From Anaerolineae bacterium (lineage in GTDB: Bacteria > Chloroflexota > Anaerolineae > Promineifilales > Promineifilaceae): a DNA stretch of 64,000 nucleotides. The stretch covers positions 11,058 to 75,057 of the forward strand of contig DATHYN010000168.1 of the NCBI GenBank assembly GCA_035459145.1, in the 5' to 3' direction. The position numbers were made by a program, and so were the translations under genes. Positions 9,059 through 17,731 of the stretch are shown here, piece by piece. Every line of letters begins with the position of its first letter. The first letter of the stretch is position 1. The notes under the pieces are model-generated. The model was not told the DNA's origin and did not search any database. It worked only from the letters and a program-made list of their open reading frames with translations.

Positions 9059-11704
9059 TTATTCGTTATTGGTTTTGATGGTGAGGATATCACCATAGTT
9101 GAGTTCGATTTGCCAAGGTTGGTGGGGGGTGATGGCTTGATAACTGGGTAAATCGCCATATTCTGATTGGAATCGTTGGGTGACATCCCATTCATTTTGC
9201 CATTTGGTCCATTGGTAAGTGAGAGGGAGTTTGGTGGGGTTGTTGTTCCAGAGGATGATTAAATCTTTATGGCGCATGTTGGTGATATGATGGATGCCAG
9301 CTTGGCAGATGAGTTCTAGTAAGGCACGTTGTTGGCTTTGGCTGAGGTGCATTTTGTAGTTGAGGAGGAAGTGGGGGTTGGTTTGGATGGTATCCCAATG
9401 TTGAGCGATAGCCATTTTGCACATACTTTCGCAGGTAAAGTGGGTGAGCATATGGTTGAGGTGTTCTGGACGCCGGTCACGGCGGCTGAGGGTGGCTTGG
9501 ATGATGAGTTGGCCGGTTTGGGTACTGCTAATGGTGAAAGGTTCGACGTGGTGGCATTCGGTGATGGGGTCATAGGTGCTGTTGAGATTTTGGTGCAGGC
9601 CAGCGATACTGAGATTGACTTTTATATCGGGGGCGAGGCCGTGGAGGTGGAGTTGGTATTGTCGTTTTTCGGGTAGCCAAGTGGGGTGGTCACCATCAGG
9701 GATATGGTTGGGAGTAATGGCGAGGGCGAGGGCGTCTTCATGCCACGTTTGTTTATAGTTGGTGAGGGCGTAGGCGCCGAATTGATAATCATTGCTTTGG
9801 CCGTCATCTTCGGTGAGGGTGAAACGGCCATCACCACCGGCAAAGACATGTAGTTCAATTAGTTCGGGGTTATTGAGGCCGCCCCAGCTTGTTTTAGGGG
9901 CGAGGGGGATGATAGCCCCAGCGCGAACGAAAACAGGTATATCGGTGAGGTCACCGTAGCAGACGTGCCAACGATCACCGGCGTGATATTCACCGGTATA
10001 GAAGTGGTGCCAATCGCCGGGTGGGAGCCAAACGAGTTGACGGCTGAGGTTGGTGTCAGGGTCAGCGGGAGCGGTGTAAGGGGCGACGATGATGTTGGAA
10101 CCAAAGGTGTATTGTTGGGGGCAATTATACGCTTCATCACAGTCTGGATAGTCATGATACATGGGGCGGAAAGGGGCTTCGCCAGTGATGGAGTTGCGCC
10201 AAGCGAGGCTATAGAGATAGGGGATGAAGGCGTGGCGTTGTTGCATCACATCACGGGTGATGTTGAGGACAGTGTCATCGTAGCCCCATGGGCGGCGGTC
10301 GTGGAAGGGGTTGTTTGTACTGTGGAGGCGGAGGATAGGGCTGAAGAGGCCAAACTGTACCCAACGGGTGTAGAGTTCACGATCTTCGATGCCCATCATG
10401 TGGCCGCCGATATCATGGCTCCACCAGCTGTAGCCGACATTGGCGGCGGTGGCGGTGAAGTAGGGTTGGAAGTCGAGGGCATCCCAAGTGACGTGGGTGT
10501 CACCGGAGAAGCCGATGGGGTAGCGGTGGTTACCGAGGCCGCCCCAGCGGGAGAAGATGAACGGCCGTTTCTGCCCCCCACGCCCTAAATCAAAAAAGTG
10601 GAGATGATTAAGCCACCAAAGCGGATCGAGACCGGGCATATCGCTCGTTTCCCCTTGTTGCCAATCGATCCACCAGAAATCGACACCATCTTGTTCATGA
10701 GGGTGATGCAAAAGTTCAAAATAAGCTTGAGTAAATTTGGGGTTGCTTAGTTGAAAAGGAATCGTTTCCTTGCTGTCGGGGTCAACGCCCATCCATTCAG
10801 CCATGCGGGGGTAGATATCTTCATACGGTTGGACACCGGCGGCAGGGTGAAGGTTGAGGGCGGTGTATAAGCCTTGTTCGTGGAGCCATTTCATGAACCC
10901 TTTGGGGTCAGGGAAAAGTTCTTTATTCCATGTATAGCCGGTCCAACCGACATATTGGGGGTCGACGTCAACGAGGTGCCAATCCATATCAATGATGCAG
11001 ACGGAGAGGGGGATGTGGTGGGCGCGGAAGTCACGCATGAGGTTGGTGAGTTCGTCTTGGGTGTAGGCCCAATAGCGGCTCCACCAGTTGCCTAAAATCC
11101 AGCGGGGGATGAGGGGGACTGGGCCAGATATTTTGGTGTATTCTTTGAGGCATTGTTTGTAAGCGTGGCCGTGGCCGAAGAAGTAGAGGTCGCGGTAGCC
11201 GAGGGAGGCTTGGCGGGGGGCGAGCCAGCCGTTGTTTTCGAAGACGAGGGAGTTGGTGTCATCGACGAGGGTCCAGCCGGCGCGGGAGACGAGTCCTTGT
11301 TCGAGGGGGGTATGCCCCTTTTCGCCATCGAGGGTGCGGGTGGTACCGAGCAGGTTTTGGTCGTTGGGGAGGTTGAGGTGCCAGGTGAGGCCGAGTTCGG
11401 TGATGAGGATGTTGAAATTTTGAGGGTCGGTGGGGTCACTGCCTGGTCGGTAACGGATTTGGAGATGTTCGGTATGAATATAGAGGACACCATCTTGTTC
11501 TTCGGAGGTGAAGCGGGGGACCGGTTGACGGCGGTACCAGAATGCTTGACTAGCACGGTCTTCAAAATGTTCATCGGGGTCAAATTCAAGCCGGATGAGA
11601 CGTGAGGTGAGGATGGTGAAACGGGCGCCAGTGGTGGTGACGATCGCGTCAGGGTGGGGTATAGGGGTTTGGTCGAGATGGAATTGTGCGGGGATGGTGT
11701 TCAT
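9059..11704 (-). CDS. Glycoside hydrolase family 31 enzyme, an alpha-glucosidase or alpha-xylosidase, with a C-terminal extension
   Basis: GH31 blocks are present: IDMDWH, FWWIDWQQGE (compare WIDMNE), GFSGDTHVTWDALDFQ, WSHDIGGH and RWVQFGLFSPILRLHS. AAGGAG lies 8 nt upstream of the ATG. Confidence 0.85.
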   Translation of the reverse strand: MNTIPAQFHLDQTPIPHPDAIVTTTGARFTILTSRLIRLEFDPDEHFEDRASQAFWYRRQPVPRFTSEEQDGVLYIHTEHLQIRYRPGSDPTDPQNFNILITELGLTWHLNLPNDQNLLGTTRTLDGEKGHTPLEQGLVSRAGWTLVDDTNSLVFENNGWLAPRQASLGYRDLYFFGHGHAYKQCLKEYTKISGPVPLIPRWILGNWWSRYWAYTQDELTNLMRDFRAHHIPLSVCIIDMDWHLVDVDPQYVGWTGYTWNKELFPDPKGFMKWLHEQGLYTALNLHPAAGVQPYEDIYPRMAEWMGVDPDSKETIPFQLSNPKFTQAYFELLHHPHEQDGVDFWWIDWQQGETSDMPGLDPLWWLNHLHFFDLGRGGQKRPFIFSRWGGLGNHRYPIGFSGDTHVTWDALDFQPYFTATAANVGYSWWSHDIGGHMMGIEDRELYTRWVQFGLFSPILRLHSTNNPFHDRRPWGYDDTVLNITRDVMQQRHAFIPYLYSLAWRNSITGEAPFRPMYHDYPDCDEAYNCPQQYTFGSNIIVAPYTAPADPDTNLSRQLVWLPPGDWHHFYTGEYHAGDRWHVCYGDLTDIPVFVRAGAIIPLAPKTSWGGLNNPELIELHVFAGGDGRFTLTEDDGQSNDYQFGAYALTNYKQTWHEDALALAITPNHIPDGDHPTWLPEKRQYQLHLHGLAPDIKVNLSIAGLHQNLNSTYDPITECHHVEPFTISSTQTGQLIIQATLSRRDRRPEHLNHMLTHFTCESMCKMAIAQHWDTIQTNPHFLLNYKMHLSQSQQRALLELICQAGIHHITNMRHKDLIILWNNNPTKLPLTYQWTKWQNEWDVTQRFQSEYGDLPSYQAITPHQPWQIELNYGDILTIKTNNE

Positions 11705-11794
11705 ACTAAGACTCCTTGTAAATAGGGATACGAATTAAGTCTAGAACTTCAATGTTATTTTATCTTAAAACAGGTTGCGTAGCTAGTGGTGCTC

Positions 11795-12763
11795 TTATGA
11801 TTTTGGAGCTGGTTTAGAAGAGGGTGGGGAGGTGTTATGGTTGGGATTGGTGGCGGTTAAGAGTTTGGCGAGGGCAGTGAGTCCGGATTGGGCGGTTTGG
11901 TAGCGTTGGGTGAAGGTTTGGTGGCGGGTTTGGAGGTAGTTGCGGAGGTCGGGGTTGTCAAAGTGGGTGGCTTGTTGTTGGAGTTGGGACATCCATTGTT
12001 GGCAGAGGTTGGCGGCCCATTGGAGGCCATGTTGACTGACCCAGAGGGGAATTTGAGCAGGAGGGACTTGTTGTTGGGCGTGGCTGAGGAAGTAGGTGAC
12101 ATTTTGGTGATGGAAATCTTTGTGCCAATCGAAGATGTCGTTGATCATTTGGTGCCAGTAGCCGAGGGTGTCGATAAAGGTTGACCAGTGGGGGATATTG
12201 GTTGGTTTTTGGTGGATGTGGCAGATGGCTGCGACGGGGATGAGGGCGGCGCATACTTTTTTGGAGGCGATTTGTTCAAATTGGGGGCGGGTGATGGCCG
12301 AGAGCATGTTGTCATGATAAGCGGCTTCACCAGAGCGAAACCATGTTTGGCGAAAAAGGGGCCAGAAAGGATGGTTAGCGGGAAAAAGGGTGGTATACGG
12401 TTGATAGAATTCGGTATGAAAGAAGTTTATGGTCGGGAGTAGATGGGGGGCACTGTCAGCGTCATTGTCCATGATATCATCGATGAGACGGATATAGTAA
12501 TAGCCGTTCATGGTTGAGTAGGCGAGCGTACGGTGTAAAGCGGTATTGGGGGTTGGGTTGATGGTGTGGTCGGCCCACCATGGTAAAAGGAACATGGGGT
12601 AGGCTTCAGGATGAAGAAAGTAGTCAGCGGCTTGATTAGAGCCAGCGAGTTGATTAAGCCAAGCGATGGTGGCCTCCGCCATATGGGGAAAAGCTTGCTG
12701 GAGATTTTGTTTTATATCATCATTGGCTTGATTGATAATGTAATTCAGTTCATTCGTGTACAT
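11795..12763 (-). CDS. Divergent isoprenoid-synthase-fold protein, resembling a trans-prenyl diphosphate synthase or class I terpene synthase
   Basis: RLIDDIMDNDAD resembles the FARM motif LIHDDxMDxxD. About 138 aa downstream, GYWHQMINDIFD aligns with the SARM motif GxxFQxxDDxxD. The spacing is typical for this fold. The FARM histidine and the RRG are missing. Size is 322 aa. Confidence 0.4.
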   Translation of the reverse strand: MYTNELNYIINQANDDIKQNLQQAFPHMAEATIAWLNQLAGSNQAADYFLHPEAYPMFLLPWWADHTINPTPNTALHRTLAYSTMNGYYYIRLIDDIMDNDADSAPHLLPTINFFHTEFYQPYTTLFPANHPFWPLFRQTWFRSGEAAYHDNMLSAITRPQFEQIASKKVCAALIPVAAICHIHQKPTNIPHWSTFIDTLGYWHQMINDIFDWHKDFHHQNVTYFLSHAQQQVPPAQIPLWVSQHGLQWAANLCQQWMSQLQQQATHFDNPDLRNYLQTRHQTFTQRYQTAQSGLTALAKLLTATNPNHNTSPPSSKPAPKS

Positions 12764-12888
12764 TTTTCTATTGTACTCATTAGGCTAAGTTGTGGAAAGT
12801 AAACAGATTGATTTAAAGCAAATTCAACGTCGTATGAATGTGGCAATTGGGATGGTATTTTTTCTAGTGACTGGGAGGGACATTGCGA

Positions 12889-13145
12889 ATGGGAGTAGGC
12901 GTGGTTGACGGGCAGGTGGTGGCTGGCAATGTTGGGGACAGGCATGTTGGAAGTATCAGGTTGTTGGGGATGCAGTTAATTAGGCCTCTCGTTTACAAGA
13001 GCAAACGAAGGTGTTGGGTGCTGATATTGTGTTAAGTGAAGAGAGTTATCGGCAAGCCTCGGCCGTTACGCCCATGAATGGCCGTTTGGTGGAGGGGGTT
13101 GTGATTAAGGGGGAGGAAACGGCCGTTCGTGTTTATTGTTTATAA
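12889..13145 (+). pseudogene. Decayed 3' fragment of a class III adenylate/guanylate cyclase catalytic domain
   Basis: One frame reads MGVGVVDGQVVAGNVGDRHVGSIR. After a frameshift, the next frame reads GDAVN-stop-ASRLQEQTKVLGADIVLSEESY...VIKGEETAVRVYCL. This matches the cyclase consensus RIGIHsGpvvaGviG...GDtVNlAsRLE...V.VY.L. An in-frame TAG falls at the conserved Leu. No N-terminal half is present. Confidence 0.55.
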
Positions 13146-13589
13146 TTACGACCGATAAACAACGGCGCGTACTACGTCGCGGCGGGAGACGGTGCCGACT
13201 AATTTGCCATCATCAACGACAGGGAGGAGATGGATTTGGGTTTTGATCATGGTGAAGGCGGCTTTGGCGACAGGGTCTGTTGATTTCATGGTGATGGGGT
13301 CGAGGATGATGAGGGGGAGAATGGGATAATCGGCTAAAGTACGTCCCTTTTGGAGGAAGATGTGAAAGGCGTCGCCGAGGGTACCCCCATTGGCGGCGAT
13401 CTCTTCTTGGTCGGGGAGCATAGTGCGTAAGATGTCACCTTCAGAGAGGACACCGATGAAGCGATGATCTTCTTTGGTGACCATGAGGTCGCTAAGCCCA
13501 CTAAGACTAATCAGTTCGGCGGCCCGACGGACAGTTGCTTCTGGTTCGATAGCAACGGGATGGATGGTCATAAGTTCGCTAATTAACAT
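13146..13589 (-). CDS. CBS-pair domain protein
   Basis: Two tandem CBS motifs are present, in ...VMTKEDHRFIGVLSEGDILR... and ...PVVDDGKLVGTVSRRDVVRAV. Size is 147 aa. Confidence 0.85.
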   Translation of the reverse strand: MLISELMTIHPVAIEPEATVRRAAELISLSGLSDLMVTKEDHRFIGVLSEGDILRTMLPDQEEIAANGGTLGDAFHIFLQKGRTLADYPILPLIILDPITMKSTDPVAKAAFTMIKTQIHLLPVVDDGKLVGTVSRRDVVRAVVYRS

Positions 13590-13745
13590 AGAAATATTTC
13601 TCCTTCACGGCCATGAGACATTTTGTGAATGTCGTAAGATGAATGAACTTTGCTCACTGCTTCTTATTAGATTATACAAAAATTTGGGCGGAAGGCGATA
13701 GGGATTTTGAAATTATGTCAATTTTGGGTGGAAAAGTGGTACAGG

Positions 13746-14756
13746 TTAATTGAAGCTATGCCTCACACTTGCTCGAAGGCGCTCTGGTGTTTGCCCTGTC
13801 CAAGCACGAAAGGCGCGATAGAACGAATTTACTTCTTCATACCCCAACAAGAATGCTATTTGTCCACTTGTGTAATCTGAGTTTGTTAGGTAATGACGTG
13901 CCAAATCTTCACGCAATTTATCTAAGACTTGCTGAAAACTGGTGCCATCACTCTTTAAATAGCGCTGTAAGGTTCGGCGACTGATAGCCAATCGCAAGGC
14001 CACATCATCAACGCTGTATTGCCCACTGGCCAAAATCTCCATCAAACAGGCACGTACTTTCTCAGTATAGGTAGCATTTTGTAACAAATCCTGCAGTCGC
14101 TGATTGAGATGGGACTCGAAGATTGACCACATGGTGTCGTTAGCAGTCAGAAATGGTCGCTCTGCATCTTGTATGGCGTATGTTACACCGTTAAAATCTG
14201 ATTTGGTGAGGCGCACACCGAAGTAATCTTCATATGCTTTTTTTTCGGGAATGTCCACATTTGTATGGATGCTCAAGGGCACAAGGTGTTCCCGTGTTGC
14301 CATGCGCGGCATATGCACCCACCAGACCAATTCCGCTGCCGCTAAACTTGGTGGCAACGCCCCATATTGGGGCAATGAACCGATTTTAATCGTGGTTTGT
14401 TCGTTCATGGTGTGAACGCTCAAGCGGATTGGGCCGACAAGGGGTTTGTAATGGGCGAGGCGTTTGGCCGCCACATTAAGATTCGGACTGCAGAAACAGG
14501 CAAATATTGGTGGGCTAAATGTTTCAGGTGTGGTACTCGTGGCAAAGTCTAACGGAAAAGTAGGATAGTCGCGTAGGACAGTTACAAACCCATCCCATAG
14601 TCTGAAGTACTCTTCACCTGTAATCATGGGTGATTTGCGAGATAGCAAATCGAGAGGTAACTGGGCATAGCGTAACACATCTTGTGATGAAACATTCATG
14701 TCCTTGAAGAGTATCTGCCACCCGTTCACCTCTACCGGGTATTTTCGATTATCCAT
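13746..14756 (-). CDS. AraC/XylS family transcriptional regulator
   Basis: The C-terminal AraC helix-turn-helix reads VDDVALRLAISRRTLQRYLK...SGQIAFLLGYEEVNSFYRAFRAWTGQTP. Confidence 0.85.
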   Translation of the reverse strand: MDNRKYPVEVNGWQILFKDMNVSSQDVLRYAQLPLDLLSRKSPMITGEEYFRLWDGFVTVLRDYPTFPLDFATSTTPETFSPPIFACFCSPNLNVAAKRLAHYKPLVGPIRLSVHTMNEQTTIKIGSLPQYGALPPSLAAAELVWWVHMPRMATREHLVPLSIHTNVDIPEKKAYEDYFGVRLTKSDFNGVTYAIQDAERPFLTANDTMWSIFESHLNQRLQDLLQNATYTEKVRACLMEILASGQYSVDDVALRLAISRRTLQRYLKSDGTSFQQVLDKLREDLARHYLTNSDYTSGQIAFLLGYEEVNSFYRAFRAWTGQTPERLRASVRHSFN

Positions 14757-14772
14757 GGGGGGTGTCCTTTTG

Positions 14773-15723
14773 TTACTTGAGGCCGACTAGGGCCATGCTG
14801 ACATCATACAGTTTGGCTGCAAGTTCAGTATCTTCCCCTTGTGGATGAGGCGATTTCATAGGCCAGCCGCCAGCGCGATTCTCTTTGTTAGGATAGAGGA
14901 TGCTATTTTGACTATAATAGGCACCATTGTGGTTAGGGGCATCATCATCGAGCAAGCAGTGGAGAGACGTTTGCGCACCTTCAAACCATGACATTGTGCC
15001 CAGCAGGCCGCTAAACGGCCGTAATAAAACATTCTGTACAAACTTGACTGGGCCTTTTGCCAGATTCGAGCGGATCCAGCCTGGATGAACGGAAAACGCA
15101 GAAACCCCCGTGCCTTCCAATCGTTGGGAGAGATCGAGTGCATGAAGAACATTGGCAAACTTAGAGTTAGCGTATGCCTGCCCGAAACGCCACTCTTTGT
15201 TGTTGAAATTCAAGTCATCAAAATCGATCTCACCAAAGATTCCGGTCATACCAGCATGGGCCACACTTGACACACAGATGATGCGTGATGGCGCACTGGC
15301 TTTCAGCATATCCAACAGAAGTTCGGTGAGCAGGAAATGCCCCAAGTGATTGACGCCAAAATCCATTTCAAACCCATCTTCAGTTCTGCCTTCAGTTTGA
15401 ACCGCAACGCCAGCGTTGTTAACAAGACCATCGAGCCGATCGTATTTGGCCTGAAACGCAGTTGCAAAACGTCGAACAGAGGCAAGGCTGGTGAGATCAA
15501 GTTCCATTATTTCGACTGAGCCTTTTAAGTTTCCCACTGCGGCAAAAGCTTCTTTTCCAGCATTAAGGCGACGGCAGGCACCCACCACATGAGCTCCCTG
15601 TTTAGCTAATTGTTCGGCCGTGGCAAAACCAGAACCAGAGTTGGCTCCCGTTACGATATAGATATGACCACTCAGGTCTTTTTTAAATAGTTTTGGATCA
15701 CACATCAATGTTTTGGGCATCAT
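14773..15723 (-). CDS. Short-chain dehydrogenase/reductase (SDR), retinol-dehydrogenase-like
   Basis: The TGANSGSG Rossmann motif is present. NNAG and the catalytic YANSK (YxxxK) are present. The gene sits adjacent to the AraC regulator. Confidence 0.9.
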   Translation of the reverse strand: MMPKTLMCDPKLFKKDLSGHIYIVTGANSGSGFATAEQLAKQGAHVVGACRRLNAGKEAFAAVGNLKGSVEIMELDLTSLASVRRFATAFQAKYDRLDGLVNNAGVAVQTEGRTEDGFEMDFGVNHLGHFLLTELLLDMLKASAPSRIICVSSVAHAGMTGIFGEIDFDDLNFNNKEWRFGQAYANSKFANVLHALDLSQRLEGTGVSAFSVHPGWIRSNLAKGPVKFVQNVLLRPFSGLLGTMSWFEGAQTSLHCLLDDDAPNHNGAYYSQNSILYPNKENRAGGWPMKSPHPQGEDTELAAKLYDVSMALVGLK

Positions 15724-15905
15724 AGCCTCCTTGTTTCAGCTTCTTTTTCAATTATTTGTATAACAGCTGGGATTTGCCACTTTATTTGGTGAAGCATTTG
15801 GCCGTTACTTTACTTAGTATAAGGGAACGTAGACAAGGAGTCATTATCGCATTGTGCCAATGAACTATCAAATGGTGCCAACGTGGGCAAGTGAAGAAAT
15901 TTAAA

Positions 15906-15940
15906 CAGAAAGATACGGTTTTAGAGTCCGTATCTTTCTG
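15906..15940 (-). terminator. Intrinsic terminator downstream of the SH3b lipoprotein gene
   Basis: The sequence cagaaagatacgg-ttttagagt-ccgtatctttctg is a perfect 13-bp stem. A T-rich tract follows on the minus-strand transcript. Confidence 0.6.
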
Positions 15941-15984
15941 TTCAGATCCCCCGCTTGGCCTTTTTTTAGAGAGGTGTTAGCAGA

Positions 15985-17223
15985 TTAGAGGCGGGTGGCG
16001 GCGGCGTCGATGGTGGGGTTGAGGAGGCCGAGGGCACTGTTGATACTTTGAACAGCGAGGCCATAGTTGAATTCATCGACGCGACCCGAATCCACGCAGG
16101 ATAGATAAGCGGGGCGGCTACGATCTAAAGCGTAGACGAATGATAAGAAGTAGGCCCCATCAAGATCTTGCCAATTGCCGGGAACATCATCGTAGAAGAC
16201 AGCATTGTTTTTGATGCTATTGTACGCATTGACGTAATTTTGACAGGCGACGGCATCACCGTTTAAGGTTTGCCCCAGATTGGCATTCATCGTGTTAAGG
16301 TTGTTGCGCATGGCTACCATCTTGTTGTAAAGCTGTTGGGCATTGAAGGGACGTATAGGGAAAACACCAAGGACATCATTAGGATTGGATTGGTAGTAGA
16401 GGGTGATGTATTCAGGGGTAGGAGCTGGGGTTGGGGTGGGTGGTACAGGTGTGGCTGGTGGGGCTGGGGGGACGATAAGATCTAAGGGGTCTAAGTCGGC
16501 GGTGAGGTCAAGGACAGATGTTGAAATCCAAGCTTCTTGGCCATTTTCTAATTCGGTGACAACCCAGCTTGTGTCTTGATTACGTCCGATGAGAACGAGA
16601 CTATCACCATTGGCGGCGGTGGCTAAGACGGGATAGGCGGTGGAGGGGCCGGAACGTAAATTGACAGAGCTAATGTTGACGGCACCGAAGATGCCGGCGT
16701 CAAGCGCGAGGGTCAATTCGATGGCACCTAAGGATTCGGTAACGGAAATTGTTTGGCTAGCGTAGTTGGGGGCGGAGGCGTAGACGACATAATCGGTGAG
16801 AGTGGGGTCGAGGTTAGTGAAAAGGGCATACCCCTCGTCATCAACGGAGAGGGTGGCAGTGTAACTATCTTCGGCACTGGTTAATTTGATAGAGGCGTTG
16901 GTTACAGGTTCATCTGTATCGCTATCGAGGATAAAAACCCCAATTTGAGGGACTGGTGTGGGGGTATTGGTCGGTGTTGGTGTGGGGGATGGTGTGTTGG
17001 TGGGAGTGGGGGTAGGGGTGTTGGTGGGGGTATTGGTTGGTTCGGGGGTGTTGGTGGGGGCCGAGGTTGGTTCGGGGGTGTCTGTTTCAGTTGTCGTAAC
17101 TTCTTCAGTTGCTTCAGCGACAGAGGCTGGTGTGGTGGCGGGCTCATCGCTACCACAGGCAACGGCAAAGATCAGTAATAAACAGGTGGCAAGCAAAAGC
17201 CGCCATGTTGATGGGGAAAACAT
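15985..17223 (-). CDS. Secreted lipoprotein with Pro/Thr-rich linkers and a bacterial SH3 (SH3b) domain
   Basis: There is a signal peptide with the lipobox FAVAC. PTNTPEPTNTPT repeats follow. The SH3b-like segment reads VNLRSGPSTAYPVLATAANGDSLVLIGRNQDTSWVVTELENGQEAWI. AAGGAG lies upstream of the ATG. Confidence 0.6.
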   Translation of the reverse strand: MFSPSTWRLLLATCLLLIFAVACGSDEPATTPASVAEATEEVTTTETDTPEPTSAPTNTPEPTNTPTNTPTPTPTNTPSPTPTPTNTPTPVPQIGVFILDSDTDEPVTNASIKLTSAEDSYTATLSVDDEGYALFTNLDPTLTDYVVYASAPNYASQTISVTESLGAIELTLALDAGIFGAVNISSVNLRSGPSTAYPVLATAANGDSLVLIGRNQDTSWVVTELENGQEAWISTSVLDLTADLDPLDLIVPPAPPATPVPPTPTPAPTPEYITLYYQSNPNDVLGVFPIRPFNAQQLYNKMVAMRNNLNTMNANLGQTLNGDAVACQNYVNAYNSIKNNAVFYDDVPGNWQDLDGAYFLSFVYALDRSRPAYLSCVDSGRVDEFNYGLAVQSINSALGLLNPTIDAAATRL

Positions 17224-17404
17224 AAAAACTCCTTGTTTTTGTTTGCTAGCAATAGATTATTCGCCAACTATTGCGATTTGATAGTTTTATTAAATGGGGA
17301 TGAAAGGGTGGCGCGTTGCGATAACGGCCGTTTTTCATAGCCTAGCACTTACTATAAAAAATGGAATGGTTCAGAATTAACTTTACAAATGAGGATGGGC
17401 TTTG

Positions 17405-17540
17405 CTGAGAACGAAGCCGTAATGAAGGTGGTTTTAGAAGTGGATTCCGGCGTAAGCCGGAATGACATGTTCGAGGATTGCGTCGGTAATTGTAAAAACG
17501 GACAACATATGCGCAGGAATGACAGCCCTCAGTAAGGATT
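17405..17540. repeat. Copy 2 of a composite intergenic palindromic repeat element, about 135 bp and REP/MITE-like
   Basis: This copy is about 70% identical to 8874-9012. The stem-loop is gtggATTCCGGC-gtaa-GCCGGAATgaca. A second unit aaaaacggacaacat...gcgcaggaatgacagccc follows. Confidence 0.7.
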
Positions 17541-17697
17541 GTGATTTTGTAAAGTGATTTGTATAAACCATTCTTATTTTATTTGTTGTAAATAGTTGTG
17601 TGAGTAATTTATCAATCTGGCAATAATTGATAACGACTGACGATCCTATTGTACAAAATTTCACGAATGGTGTAAAGGGGTACTAAGGTACTATGTC

Positions 17698-17728
17698 AGG
17701 TAGTGCGATTTAACAAATCGCACTACCT
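17698..17728. other. Perfect 14-bp inverted repeat immediately 3' of the glutamate synthase operon. It is a terminator-like hairpin.
   Basis: The sequence aggtagtgcgattt-aac-aaatcgcactacct lies 4 nt after the stop of the 861-aa gene. Confidence 0.5.
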
Positions 17729-17731
17729 AGG

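Noticed and set aside
9965-10588. 207-aa plus-strand ORF inside the GH31 gene
   Set aside because: It is antisense to a well-supported GH31 coding region. Its product is Gly/Val/Glu-rich.
12745-12945. 66-aa minus-strand ORF
   Set aside because: It overlaps the start of the isoprenoid-synthase-like gene and the cyclase pseudogene remnant. It has no Shine-Dalgarno and no motif. It is probably spurious.
16940-17110. GT-rich tandem repeats
   Set aside because: They are the coding sequence for the PTNTPTPTP linker of the SH3b lipoprotein, read on the minus strand.
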